This document shows, piece after piece, positions 1-12,964 of a stretch of DNA of 64,000 nucleotides. The notes under the pieces were generated by a model that was given only the letters and a program-made list of their open reading frames with translations, did not search any database and was not told the origin of the DNA. This DNA is from Callorhinchus milii (lineage: Eukaryota), in NCBI RefSeq assembly GCF_018977255.1, contig NW_024704743.1, positions 22,818,001 to 22,882,000 of the forward strand. Direction: 5' to 3'. The position numbers and the translations under genes are program-made. Position 1 is the first letter of the stretch. Each line of letters begins with the position of its first letter.

Positions 1-59
1 TATGCACAATGTTCATTTGGTGACTGACAAATTAAGTTCAATACAGATAAACGTAAAGT

Positions 60-695
60 ACTATACATACAAAGTAAGAATAGGAAACGTATGTACCTCA
101 TGGACGGGCATGAGGGGTGTCACTGCTCACCATGTCAAATCGGTGTAAGACAGCAATAAATAGGCAAACAGGATCTAGGCTATATTGCCGAATCAGTTGA
201 GTTCATATCCCAATGCTAAAGCTGTTCTGGTCAGGATGCACCTGGAGAGCTGTGAACTGTTCTGGTCACTACAACATAACAAGACCACCCCGTTGCCAGA
301 AGCAGTGCAAAGGAGAGCAATGTGGATAATCCACAGGGTTAGAGCAATGATTAGACACGCTAGGGCTTTTCAGCCTTGAAAAGAGACTAACTATTCACAG
401 GGGACCTTTCAAGAGGTACGTCAGATTTTAAATGTGATTGACAAAGAAAGCCCAGAACAATATTTCCAGATACACAATGCAGCAGACCAAGGTTTAGGGT
501 TCCACAGGGCATTCTTGTATGACAGATACGAGGAAGTATTTATTTACCCAGAACATAATTGAAGTCTAGAAAGGATGGTTGAACCTATTGAATTCATTCA
601 ATAAAAAGCTTAACTTGTAACGTGTTGGGGGATGGTAGGTGAGTTTTTGGAAAGGTTGAGATCAAATGAACCTATTCCATCTAATGCTCTTATGT
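60..695 (+). mobile_element. Old, highly degenerate CR1 LINE 3' portion (ORF2 C-terminus and tail)
   Basis: ORF 185-379 reads LVRMHLESCELFWS...EAVQRRAMWII, matching the CR1 motif LVRPHLEYCVQFWSP...LERVQRRATKMI. A degenerate CR1-type tail lies near 650-695. Confidence 0.75.
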
Positions 696-1283
696 AGCAT
701 CGCACCTCAGTTGGCTCCACTGGAAACTTGACACAATGAGCTGGAGCCATTAGGTCTGAGTGTTTATCTTGACTTCACCAAATAAGCATCTCAACATCGT
801 CACAATATTTTCTCACACGTGAACCAAGTTACAGGCTTCTCTGTGATATTTCCTTGACAATTATTGATCGTGGAATCCCAATAAAATCCGCTCTCGCCCT
901 TTGCCGCTGTTCTGCTATAAGCGGTAGGTTATTCCAGAGCTCCAGGGGCCATCTAAAACTATGGCTCACTCTGGATTACAAATCCCTGAAAAGGTACATT
1001 GTAAAAGAGGTATGATGCTACTTTTATATAACAGTGCCAAAGCAATGTCCAACTGAAGGGTCTAACAGGTTTGACCTCTATTGCAGCTGTCAGGTTTAGA
1101 AATCCCAGATATTCGGTTCCTTATTCTTTGTGAGCACAGAAAGTATGAATCCAGGATGAGGGCACAATGATATCATGTAATCGTAAGTGAACTTTGCTCT
1201 TTCCTTACTTGACCAGAAATAACAATTGCAGAAGTAGGGCGATGCGCCTGAATATGAAGTGATTTGCGTATAAATGAATTCTC

Positions 1284-1432
1284 ACCCTGGCATCCCCTAT
1301 CTTGCTACCGCCTGCTTATGCTCCACTAACTGCCTCCTTCACTCAGCTGGCTCCAGTCTCCTGCTTATCCCTGTTAAGCACTTATATAGTTCCCTGTGTG
1401 AAGGGCACTGTATAAATGCACGTTATTGTTGG
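1284..1432 (+). mobile_element. Degenerate L2 LINE 3' end
   Basis: A pyrimidine-rich 3'UTR-like stretch ends in gttaagcactt...gtgaagggcactgtataaatgcacgttattgttg, similar to the other L2 tails here. Confidence 0.55.
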
Positions 1433-2711
1433 TGTTGACTTTGCTCCGGCCTTTCTGCCTGGGTTTGGCTAGTCATTTTATAGAGAGCAGCAAATCTGGA
1501 AAACATTATTAAAGGGCCCATGGTGGTAGGTCTTGCATTTACATTTCATTCATTGGCTGTACCTCTCTGTGGACAGCAGCAGGAGATCTGATGCCAAAAA
1601 TGGCTCAGGTTAGCCAGCCTCTGGTGAAGGCACTCTTCGTTAAAGCTTGCCATCTTCGGGAAATCAATGAAAAAATAACATTAGAAACCATCTACAATGA
1701 TCGGCACAAGCTAATGTACAACTATCAGGGGCAACATCTGGTTAATTGTTGAAATAAGAGTGTTAACTTGCAGCAAGATTATTTTTTTGGTTGTTCTGAC
1801 AGTTGTGAGTTACAAAATCTGGATTTCATGTGTGTTTTTTCTCTTGCAGTCTGTACTTTTTGTTCTCCAGACGTGACGTTCATCTGAATTTTCACCCTTT
1901 TAAACTCTAGTTGATTTGAAATAATTTCCCTTCTGCAAATCAGTCTCAACAGGCAGAGCCCCTGGGTCAGTATAAGAATTTCCTGTGCTTTTTGCACACA
2001 GTTGTCAATATGGAAGCCAGTTTGTTTACCTTGTGCACTTGGCAAACAAATTGGTTTCTTCCAAGACTTAAAGGGAAACAATCATTTTGTTGGGATGATG
2101 TGTGTTGTCCTCGTAACAGTTGAAGAGAGCCTAGGCTGATAGATACCTTTAATGATTGTCTTATCCAGCTTGAGCCGTGAACCCTTGCATTGGGGTACCT
2201 ATCTTCATACAAGCAGTGTGATAGAAGCAACTTCAAAGGATTCTTGCCTCTCTTCTCTCAATCTGCTGCCTGTGGTGTTTCCAGTTTGATCACTCGGACC
2301 TCTCCAATAGATACAAAATCCATTGGGTGTTACCTCTGCTGATGCCAGCCATTGATGGGATTATTTCCCTTTGTAGTCATGCAGCAACTCATATCGCTGA
2401 ATGGAATTTGAACCCCCGGGTCTCGAGTGAGCTTGCTGAAGCCTGTGCACACAGCAATAAAGAGGCTCGAAATTCCACATGATATTCAGGCATATGACAC
2501 ACCATAACATTTTCAGATCATGCAGAACTTAGGCAGATTCTTAAATTCAGTCTGACGTGCTACATTTCTGCGTTTACAGGTTTATGGGCTCCCAGAGTGA
2601 AAAGCCTGTCTGAATGTACCTGTCCCTAGGTATGTGGAGGTCGTTGTGATGCCTCTTGCTGCTAACCCAGGTTGCATAACATTTGTGTGCAAGTATACAT
2701 CACTGTAGAAC

Positions 2712-2916
2712 TTGAATGCACAGCCTGAAAGGGTGGTGGAAGCTGATTCAATACTAACCTTCAAAGGAGAATTGGATATATACTTGAAAAGAAAAAAATT
2801 GCAAGGCTTTGGGGAAAGAGAAGGGGAGTGGGACTAGTTGGTAACTCTTTCAAAGAGCCAGCACAGGCACGATAGACCAAATGGCCTTTTTCTGTGCTGT
2901 AAAATTCTATGATTCC
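2712..2916 (+). mobile_element. CR1 LINE 3' terminal fragment
   Basis: gaatgcacagcctgaaagggtggtggaagc...ggggagtgggactag...ctgtgctgtaaaattctatgattc, homologous to 6517-6707, 41905-42178 and the reverse complement of 8198-8400. Confidence 0.9.
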
Positions 2917-5457
2917 AACTTTCAGAGAGAGAAGCCATTCTTGGCTTGCTTGAGTTTTTGTCTTCCCTCCTTGATGGTGGGAGGGGTGGAGGCGGTGGGG
3001 GGAATTATGCTCTTTATTTTTAAGGACCATTGTAGGGGCATTGGAAAGTGTGTGGCAGATCTGTTTGGTTTCTCTGTCAGGATATGGTGTAATTCACGTT
3101 GGAAAGATATTGTTTGCAGCAGCAGAAGTTATTGGGATGTCCATGTGTTATGTCTGTGGGATGTCTTACCGATGATAATGAGAAGAGCCTCTGTCTGCCC
3201 TCCCGAAAGGTAAGATTGTCACTTTAAACCTAAATCAAATTTCTTGTCTAAACCAGAAACGTCTTCGTCCCCTTTTTGTTTCTCTGGCAGAAATTCCCAT
3301 TTGAGGCATTACATATCTCATTACCACCAACACAAGAACAGCACATATTAAAATAACATGCTTATATCCAGCTGTATTAGGTCTACTTTCAACTGGCTGC
3401 AAATTCCAGTGACAGCAAAATCTGCCCTCACACATGTGAGTAGGAAAGTGCTGCCGGATATTCAGACTGCTGAAGGGTAAATAATTTTTTTTAATGGCTC
3501 AGCTGTTGCTGTCATTGATATTTACTTAAGAAACCTATCTGCTTAGGTAAGAACAGTTTGGTGAACAGTTGGATCTTTCCAGCTGCAGATTAATATTCAC
3601 TTGGCCGAAGTCACCACTCAGTCTAGCCATCTGTCCAGATGTTTTCGTAATTCCTTATAAGATACGTTTTAAAAAGTTCTGGAGGGCTCACTGATATGCA
3701 GCATGTCAGAAATGGGCTTCCATTACCATTGCATAACTTTTCTGAAGAGCAGTACAAAAGTAATCAATTTTGCCAATGCTTGGTTGTTAAAAAATCTCAC
3801 ATAATAATTTTATAAATTGCATTTTATTAGCAACATCGTTAGTGACTGTATCTCCATTGGAGGGGCCATGGAGACTGCTGAAGGATAAAGTTCACAAAAG
3901 CTCCAAAATTGCTGCATCTGTCTTCACCCACCACGTTTGGCCCACCACACACATTAAACCAACATAATTTTTGAAATATTGAACACAAATGTACAGTTTG
4001 TTTGAGAAACAATTAAAATTTGTCCAAAGAACAATTCAAATTAATCAGATTGCACTCCCCCCTGCCCACCTCCCGGAAATGTAGGTGGAACTCCTGCAAA
4101 ACTAACTTCCCATTTTATCTACTCCACTTTAGGTTTCTAGTATCTCCCTCAGTGCTGCATTTATTTGGCCTAACCTTCAGGTTAGCTGGATTCCAAATAG
4201 TGTTGCACAATCAGCAATGATTTTTTAAAAAGATGTTATTTTATCCCGGAATCCCAGTATTGTACACTATTTTATTCCTCCCATTCCGAGGATTCACACT
4301 TCAAAGTTAGCGTTCAGGATCAAGTAGAATTTTTTTTCCTTTGCACCTATCTGTGCTATCGCTGTTTTGAGAGTATTTAACAATAACTTTGCATTTGATC
4401 AAGCTCCTATAATGCGAGATGTCTCAAAGCACTGCACGGCTGCCACTTGGAATGATACGGTATGAAACAGGTCATTCAACCCAACTAGTCAAGTTCAAAT
4501 ATTTAAACTGCGCATGAGCCCCACTCCTCCGAATGCTCCCACTATTTCCTTCTTCCTAGCATTACTGAAGCCAGGGAAGTTAGGGTGGAAATAGCGGAGA
4601 CTCTGGCCACAATCTTTCAATCCTCCTTGGATGTGGCCAGTAGTGACTAAAGACCGGACTGGTGCAAATGCTACACTGCTGTTCTAAAAAGGGGAGAGGA
4701 ATAAACCTGATAACTACAGGTCAGTCAGCCTAATGTTGATGGTGGGGAAACTTCAAGAGACAATGATCCAGGATAAAATCAATTTTCACTTGGAAAAACA
4801 TAAATTAATTAACAACAATCAATGGATTTCTTAAAGGCAAATCATGTCTGACAAACTTATTTGAGTTATTTGATGATATAACAGATAGAATTAATGAAGG
4901 TAGTGCAGTTGATGCAGTGTATATGGATTTTCAGAAGGCGTTTGATAAGGTGCCACATAATAGACTAGTTACTAAAATTGAAGCGAATGGGATAAAAGGG
5001 ATAGTGGCAGCATAGATACAAATTAGTTAGGAGACAGGAAACAGAGGGTAGTGGTGAATGATTGTTTTTCAGACTGGAGGGATCCTTGGCTTTATAAATA
5101 TAGGCCATAGAATACAAAAGCAAGGAAGTTCTGTTAAACTTTTATAAGTCACTAGTTAGGCCTCAGCTGGAGTTTTGTGTCCAATTCTGGGCACCACACG
5201 TTAAGAAGGATATCAAATCATTGGAGAGGGTGCAGAGGAGCTTGGTACCAGGAATGAGGGACTTCTGTTGTGTGGAGAAACTGGAGAAGCTGGGATTATT
5301 CTCCGTAGAGCAGAGAAGGTTAAGGGAAGATAGAGGTGTTCAAAATTATGAGGGGTTTTGATAGAGTAGATAGGGAGAAACTGTTTCCAGTGGCAGTTGG
5401 GTCAGTAACCAGGGGTTATAGATTCAAGATAATTTGCAGAAGAGCCAGAGGGAAGAT

Positions 5458-5787
5458 GAAGTCCTGTAGCTCAGTGGCTACAGCACTTGCCTCACAAGCA
5501 AGAGACCTGGGTTCGATTCCCAACAGGGCGAAACCTTGGGCAAGTTTCCTTACTCCACACGCCTGATAAGGTGCCACATAATAATCCCTCAAGAAAAAAA
5601 CTCAATAATAATTTGGCCACTCAATCCACGACTGTTTGTGGGAAACTGCTGTGCGCAGTTGGCTGCCACGTTTCGCCCACAAAATATGCAGTTAATTCAC
5701 TTTACAGCATATTCTGTGAAGTGCTTTGAGACGTCTAGAAGACGTGAAAAGCACTATATCAAATGCAAGGATTATTATTGTTTATAT
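5458..5787 (+). mobile_element. tRNA-derived SINE (tRNA-like head, Deu-like domain, L2-type tail), short variant, inserted in CR1
   Basis: Pol III A box tagctcagtgg and B box ggttcgattccc. Deu-like gtggga..ctgctgtgcgca.ttggctgcc. Tail aaatgcaaggattattatt. AGATGA is duplicated at 5454-5459 and 5788-5793. Confidence 0.92.
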
Positions 5788-5847
5788 AGATGAGGGAAAA
5801 TTTCTTTATAGAGCGAATTGTTACGGTCTGGAATGCACTGCCTGAAA

Positions 5848-6516
5848 CAACAACAAGAAAATTAAGTTTGTTTTGCACCTTTCACATTGGGAAGATGTCC
5901 CAAGGCGCTGGACAATCTGTGTTTCGGACCTGAGCTGGGGGTTGGGATTGGGGAGGGTGGAGGTCAGGGGGGGAAGCAGGGTGATTGAAAGCACAGTCGA
6001 AGAGGAGGGTCTTGAGATGGTTCTTGAAGGAAGCAAGGGATGGGGCGAGGCAGAGGGACAGCAGGATGGAATTGCGGAGGGTGGGGGCAGAGTGGCAGAA
6101 AGCTCGCCCGCCAATGGTGGGGCAACCGAAGCAGGGGACGTGAAGCAGGCCGGAGCTGGCTGAGTGGAGAGAGCGAGCAGGACGATAGGGGGTTAGTAGG
6201 TCACAGAGGTCGGGAGGAGCAAGTCCATGGAGGGCGTTGAAGGTGAGGACCAGGTTCTTGAACTGTATCCTCTGTATGATGGGAAGCCAGTGAAATCGGG
6301 CGAAGATGCGGGTGATAGAGTCACGGAGCCTGGTGCGGGAGAGGACATGGGCTGCAGAGTTCTGGATGATTTGCAGCCTATGGAGGGAACAGTTGGGGAG
6401 GCCGACAAGCGGGGAGTTTGCATAGTCAATCCTCGATGTTATGAATGCAGGTATGAGGGTTTTGGCGGCGTAAAATAGTGGGAGTCGGGCGATGTTGTTG
6501 AGGCAGGGAAAGGCAG
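5848..6516 (-). mobile_element. 5'-truncated L2 LINE (ORF2 C-terminus and 3' tail), inserted in CR1
   Basis: ORF 5882-6544 reads AFITSRIDYANS...LQIIQNSAAHVL...HWLPI..RIQFK..LTFNALHGLAP. It has a (TGT)n tail. The CR1 sequence cctgaaa|agggtggtgg is split at both junctions. Confidence 0.93.
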
Positions 6517-6769
6517 AGGGTGGTGGAAACAAATTCAATAACAACTTTCAAAAGGGAATTAGATAGGTACTTGAAGAGAAAATAATTGCAAGACTATCAG
6601 GAAAGAGTGGGGGAGTGGGACTGATTGAATAGTTCTTCCAAAGAGTCGACACAGGCACGATGAGTTGAATGGTCTCCTTCTGTGCTGTAATATTCTATGT
6701 TTCTATGTACAGATCAGGTTTCCACTTAAATACGTTGATACCTTTTGCTTCAACCACAGCTTCCGGCAT

Positions 6770-6920
6770 GCTCCAAATGTGGTCTAACCAAATTTTACGT
6801 AAATTTAACATTACTGTACTTCCCGACTTTTATACTCTTCCTATGACATAAAACTAAGGACTCTATTTGTATTCTGTAAGGCCTTGCCCACCTGTACCGC
6901 TATTTTTAGACCCCTATGTA
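6770..6920 (-). mobile_element. Old CR1 ORF2 fragment
   Basis: ctccaaatgtggtctaaccaa reverse-complements to LVRPHLE-coding sequence. Confidence 0.55.
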
Positions 6921-8197
6921 GTATATCTGTAGGCTAGCTACTAACACTGCTGTTTGAAATGGAAGCTACTTCATATTTCTAGTGCCCGCATCACTTACTT
7001 TTTTTTCAAAATTATACTAAAGCAGAAAAGTAAAAATACAATAGCAGAACAATGAACATGCTACAAATCACAATGCATAGTAAAAGTATACCGCCATGAT
7101 AAAATAACATTTCCACAAGCATATGGCTTGTGTTAAATCCAAGTCCCATCTAGTGTAATAAATCCAGAGGCAGTATTGTTTATGAATAACAACCTCAAGA
7201 GGGAAAGAATTAGGAAAGAGAAATGAGTAAGATTTGCAGAACAACCACCGTTAATATGGGAACATTAATTTTTTGACAATCTTCTGGGTAGAATTTATTT
7301 ATGACTCAACCATAATTGTTCTCAGTTCCCATCCCAGCATCTTCACCACAACGCCATGATCAATCCCTCCAGACTGACCAAAGCAAATTAACAAAGGATT
7401 CCAGATTTTATATACAGATGCATGCCAAGGGCATCTGCAATGTGTTCTGTAACCCATGACTGTACTAACCCAGAGCAAACTCAAGCTTTGCGGGTGGGTG
7501 TGTCGTGATCCTTGAAACCATATCTCTTCCACAATCTGCGAATATCGCCCGCAGATTCACGTGAAAGGAACTGAATTCTGGAGAAAGAAGAACTCAGTGC
7601 AACTATTGGTTCCCGAACACTGTTGTGTATCTGGGCTGGTCGAAAATAAAAGATAAGGTCAAACCTGTTTCTTTGGCAACTCAAGTCATTGCATATGTGA
7701 TCCATTTGCAGTCCCTATGAGGAGTTTAAACTTCCTTACTTGGCCCCGACTTTTCCAAGTTCTGGTGCACAGGGACACTGAAAATGTCAAAGTCTATATT
7801 TTTTCCAACTCTTCCTTCTCCAATGTCATCCACTGCCACTTAATTCTTAACCTGGCAATTAGCTCTGGATTGCAGAGAGCTAGCGTATCACAAATTAAAG
7901 AGTCTATTGTACGCCAGGTTCACTTCAGCAACAGGGATGTGGAGCAGAAAGTCTGATTTATACCTCTCGCTCAACATTACATTGGAGCCATTAAATGTTA
8001 ACACCTGATTTCGGAGTTCTACAGATGCACAGCTCAGTGTATGGGCTGAACTCTGACATTTGATGCTAGGTTTTGAATTTTATTAAAGAGACCTTCTCTA
8101 GGTGGTCCAAGGAGTGTGGCTGCAACATGGTTAACACTGCCTTAACCCCAATTTCCATTGCATGTTTTGAGAAAAACAGTTACGGCAATTCACCACA

Positions 8198-9335
8198 AAG
8201 AATCATAGAATTATACAGCACTGAAGGAGGCCATTCGGCCCATTGTGTCTGTGCCGGCTCTTTGAAAAGAGCTACCCAAATGAATCCCACTCCCCCGCTC
8301 TCTCCCCATAGTCCTGCAAACTTGTCCTCCCCAAATAATTATCTACTTCTCCCTTAAAAGTTGTTATCGAATCGGCTTCCACTACCCTTTCAGGCAATGC
8401 CCTCCAGATCCAAACAACTCACTGTGTGAAAACATTTCTTCTCACTTCCCCTCTGTTTCTTTTAACGACTATTTTAAATCAGTGTCCTCGGGTTACCGAC
8501 CCACCCGCCAGTGGAAATAGTTTCTCCTTGTTAACTCTATTGAATCCCCTCATAATTTTGAAAACTTCCATTAAGTCTCCTCTTAACCTTCTCTGCTCCA
8601 AGGAGAATAATCCTAGCTTCTCTAACCTCTCTTCATAACTGAAGTCCTTCATTCCTGGTACCATTCTGGTAAATCTCCTTTGCACCCTCTCCAATGCCTT
8701 GACATCCTTCCTAAAGTGTGGTGCCCAGAGCTGAACACAGTACTCCAGCTGAGGTCTAACCAGTGTTTTATAAAGGTTCATCATAACTTCCTGACTTTTG
8801 TGTTTTATGCCCCTGTTTATAAAGCCTAGTATCCCATGTACGTTTATGTCAGCTTTATCTACCTATTCTGGCCCAAAGATTTACTTATATGACCCCCCAG
8901 GTCTCTCTGTTCTTTCATCGCCTTTAAGATTGTACCATCAGCTTATATTCCTCATTCTTGCTCCCAAAATGCATCACTTTGCATTTCTCCACATTAAACT
9001 TCATCTGCCACGTGTCTGCCCATTTTACCAGTTTGTCTATGTCCTCTTGCAGTCTGCTGCTATCCTCCTCACTGTTTATTACTTTTCCTGGCTTAGTATC
9101 ATCAGCAAACTTGGAAATTGTACTCCCTATACCCAAGTCCAGGTCATTTATATAGATCAAAAAAGAGCACTGGTCCCAATACTGACCTCTGGGGGATACC
9201 ACTGCACACTTCCCTCCAGTCAGAAAAACAACCGTTCGCCACAACTCTCTGCTTTCCGTCTTCCAGCCAGTTCTGTATCCATGCTGCTACTGTCCCTTTA
9301 AAACCATGGGTTTCTATTTTGCTTACAGGTCTCTT
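8198..9335 (-). mobile_element. 5'-truncated CR1 LINE (RT domain to 3' end), frameshifted
   Basis: ORFs 9144-9464, 8924-9244 and 8479-8784 give WIQNWL..KQRVVANGCFSDWREVCSGIPQRSVLGP, INDLD...SKFADDTK and LYKTLVRPQLEYCVQLWAP...RRLRGDL. Confidence 0.95.
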
Positions 9336-10194
9336 AATAGTTGCACTTGCAATCCATTTGAAGATCCACACACTAGACTTGTGGTATTGATAGTGATATT
9401 GTATTATCAAATGGTGCATTTGTGCAGTCCACAAATAAAGAATATCCAAGGACGATTTAGCCATTCCCCAGATTCCAACATGATCTTAAGTGCATTATGT
9501 GACCTTTTTTCTGAGGCAGGGAAAGTCTGGCTGAGGATAGGGAAAACACTCTTAGGGGTTGGACTGCCAAAATTGGACGATAAGTCTTTTTTATGCCATA
9601 AACCTAGCTGAACCAAGAAATGCGGGGCTGTTACCATTTTTCTAAATCTTAGTAAATATCACAAAATATAATGAGATATTTAACTCTGTGCAAAATGTCA
9701 GAGGACAACATTGCATTCATTGCCACATTGCCTCACCTGGTGCTCTTATCTGAAAAGAAATCTCAAACAAATGCTCAAGAGTACTGCGCAGCTTTCTCCA
9801 TTTGGCTTGGTGTCCCTCTTATCAGCAAGATCAATCTTATAAGCAACAGAGACAGTTCTATTACTGTATTGTTCAAAAAATCAAGAAAGGTTCGCCTCTT
9901 CCTGGTAAAAACAAGTCAGGGTAACCACAATACGGTGGTTAGTTAATGAGGTGTTTTGTCTGTGAAGTGAAATAATCAAATGCATCATCAGATTGGATGC
10001 AAAATAAACAGGTCGGAGAATTGACATGGGCTGTATCGCTATAAGTTCCTGGAACTGTTTGAAGCCAGTACAGCATGTACTGTAAAAGGAGGCCTGTGAG
10101 AAAACAGGCATTAGGGTATTGTTTATATGCTGAGCTCAGAAGCGGTTATGCAAATCAGATTTGGTCCCTTTGCTTGCCTTCACACGGAACGAGG

Positions 10195-10545
10195 ATTCAT
10201 CTCAGCTCCGACTAATCCAACAAACCATAAGCATCAATAGGCAGGGTGGTCAAGCTGTGAGAAGCTTGCCAGACAGTGCTTTCAATTACAAGCTATGCTG
10301 TTTTAACGTTGCTTCAGTGGTCGAGCTGCCAGCCCAAAATCTCTGAATTTCAATGTGGATGTGCAACATTTCGTCCACAAAATACATGGTTAATTCACTT
10401 TACTCTGTGAAGTGCTTTGAGATGTCTCAACAACGTGATAAGGTGTTGTACCAAATGCAAGGATTATTATTATATGGTGAAGCTGGTTTGGATATTCTTA
10501 AGCATGGTGATGAGGTTTCCACATGTGTGAGAGACCAGGTGATCA
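10195..10545 (+). mobile_element. Degenerate copy of an unclassified interspersed repeat (family X), interrupted by a SINE 3' fragment (~10367-10472)
   Basis: Shares aagcttgccagacagtg...caagctatgc and ggtttggata...aagcatggtgatg with 25421-25920 and 37465-37850. Confidence 0.65.
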
Positions 10546-10754
10546 CGATTGTCTGTCAAAGACACTATATTTCCTGCTCCCTTAACATAACCTGGGAATA
10601 GGAGCAATTGAGCAATCCAGAGAGCCTAAAATTAAAGATTTACAAAGCTGAAACTGAAAACTGACATTAGTCTCTTTTATTCCAATCTCCATCCATGCTC
10701 CACAGACAGGAAATGACACCAATATTACTCTACTTATCAATACAGACGATGAGC

Positions 10755-10834
10755 TCAAAGTCTTGATTTGGGCCTTGAACCCACAACCTTCTGTTTCAGA
10801 GACACAATTGCTACTAATTGAGCCAGGCTGACAC
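10755..10834 (-). mobile_element. SacSINE1-like Deu-SINE 5' head fragment
   Basis: The reverse complement reads tgtcagcctggctcaattagtagc...ctgaaacagaaggttgtgggttcaag, matching the head at 30123. Confidence 0.75.
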
Positions 10835-12964
10835 ATAATTAAATTCAAATAAAAGATTAGGAAATAGACTTCCACCCAACTGCAAGCTCATAAACCATTC
10901 AGTTATCAAAAAGTCAAGTAAAAAACTACAAAGTTTTTGTAGAGACTTATCATGTGAAAACATCTCAAAATTCTTCAATCAGTCTATTCCTCATAGCTCA
11001 ATCCTTGAACACTGGGATCCCCCGATTGCTTTTATCTGCACTGACACTTGGGACTGGACAATTCTTCAAAGATTGATTACCTTGGGAGTCCACCGAGTAG
11101 TACTCTCTAAGGTGATGACTTTGGTGTTGAGAAATTAGTCATTGTGTGGGCTTTCCTGTGGACGATGTTGAGGTGAATTGGTATCCATTTTTCCATTCCT
11201 TCCAGTTTCTCATTCCTCCCCTTTTGCGTTCACCCCTTTTCTCCTCCCATGGTGGCTCAGTTGGTAGCATCCTCACCTCTAAGTGAAAGCTTCGGGGTTC
11301 AAGCCCCCAAAGGAAGTTAGAGCTTTTGGAATGGGGAGCATATAACATGGAGACGGGGGCTGAGTGCAGCCAGAAGAGGATATGGATTGATATATCTTCA
11401 ATATATTCTTCTAGCTTGTGCTAGCCCTGAAACAATGGAAACAAATTTGAATTATCATATCAAAAGCATAATGAAACTTGTCCGTAACTGTCTCTACAAA
11501 ACAACACCACCAACAAATTGCATTTAAATAGTGCTTTTCATGTCGGAGGAGACAAAGGCAACACATCTCTTCTGATTTAGATAATTTCCTTGCATTTGAT
11601 ATAGCGCCTTATCAAGTCTTTGTGACACCTCAAAGATCTTCACAGAATACATTGTATTGTGAATTGATTCTGAAAAAATATAAATTGCATTGTAGTGAAT
11701 TTATGCCTCCTTTATGGATTAAAGCTAGGTCCTAGCGCAATTTATAACTACCCAAGAGTGTGTGACATAACTGAGATTATAAATGTAATGGGTTTCACCC
11801 TTAACACCCTCCAAATAACTGTCTTAACTTATGTTTTTTACTCCACGGGTGTGTAAGATTTACTGCTCTTAACTGGTGTCGGAATTTGCAAACAGCTGCA
11901 AATACTACCCAAATGCAACTTAACACTCAGACTCCCATGTTCCCATTTTGTGGTGAATCTGTGTTAAAATGTTCTGCCGATCAGAGATTGCCCCCTAAAA
12001 CACTAAAATCAGACACAGTATGACATTCAGGAGCTGGAAGGTAAATGTGACAGATCCACAAGAGGGGGAAATCAGACTTTTTGTTTGTAAAGAGGATTAT
12101 TCAAGCGGCGGTCTTGCATTCCACTAGAGTTTGGTGACACACTGGAGAGTTGACTGGGTTTCAGTCCAGCTGCAGCCAGAGCTTTAACTTCTCACACACC
12201 AGACAGCATCAAAGAATGTTTGATGATGTATCTTGATAACTTGCATGGGAGAGAGGGGGTAGTCAGCCTGCGAGTGCATAATGCAAAACACAGATGCTTA
12301 TTTTGCCAGACACTTAAAATAAACTGCTCAGAGGCCTGAGGCTCTAAGGACAGTAGGGGTAATTAATATCATTGCTTTTGATATATTAAAGTTCTTTTCT
12401 ACTCAGTTATTTTGTAGGATTAACTAAACCTAGTGGACAAATTAGCTGCAGGATAGACAGTGCCATTAACTCTGTTGTGGAGAACAATCACGCACACTGA
12501 ACAAAACATGTACCAATAAGTCACATCTGAACAGTTTAACTTCTGAAAAGCCAATGCAACATTGTCATGCATTTTTCTCCACTTAGCCTGGACAATCTGA
12601 TTCCTTTCACTAGCTCCCAAGAATCTCACTTACCCCAAGCGAAAAAATTTGATTTACCAGTTCAATACTGCATTCAACTGTAGATGAAACTTTTTAAGTG
12701 GCTGCTGCCAAAATGTTCATAATAGTTGTTCACTTACTGCCAAATTGTCCTTTTAAAGAATTTTAATGCGAACGAAATGTGATGTGATTATCACATCAGT
12801 AAAAACAATGGTCAAAAGCAGTCGATAGTTATCAATGATTGAGTGTTTCTTAGTGAGATACCAGCTGAAAGTTAAGCCGTTACCCAGTGTAACAGCACTG
12901 AAATAGCTACACTCCACAACTGTAACAATGGTGCCCAGTCTGCGATCCTTCAGGGCAAAAATAA

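Larger units (their letters stand above)
4560..6707 (+). mobile_element. CR1 LINE ORF2 (RT) to 3' end, internally deleted and split by a SINE and an L2
   Basis: RT motifs KPDNYRSVSL and VYMDFQKAFDKVPHNRL...LGDRKQRVVVNDCFSDWR, followed by LVRPQLEFCVQFWAP and FKIMRGFDRVDREKLFP. The tail is ttctatgtttctatg. Confidence 0.93.

Noticed and set aside
5458..5530. tRNA genes at the SINE heads (also 15214, 16875, 21885, 24836)
   Set aside because: A and B boxes are present, but the acceptor stems are not intact and each head runs into a SINE body, so these are tRNA-derived SINEs.
5882..6544. Longest ORFs (220, 188 and 222 aa at 5882, 17355 and 34384) as host genes
   Set aside because: They are L2 ORF2 C-terminal fragments or read-through of them.
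7299..7705. Minus-strand ORFs and the small hairpin aatctgcg...cgcagatt (~7533-7557)
   Set aside because: No recognisable domain, and an 8-bp stem is expected by chance.
9737..9749. 13-nt minus-strand micro-exon (tttcttttcag|ataagagcaccag|gtgagg)
   Set aside because: The splice signals are good, but it is frame-shifting, has no partner exon and has no other support.
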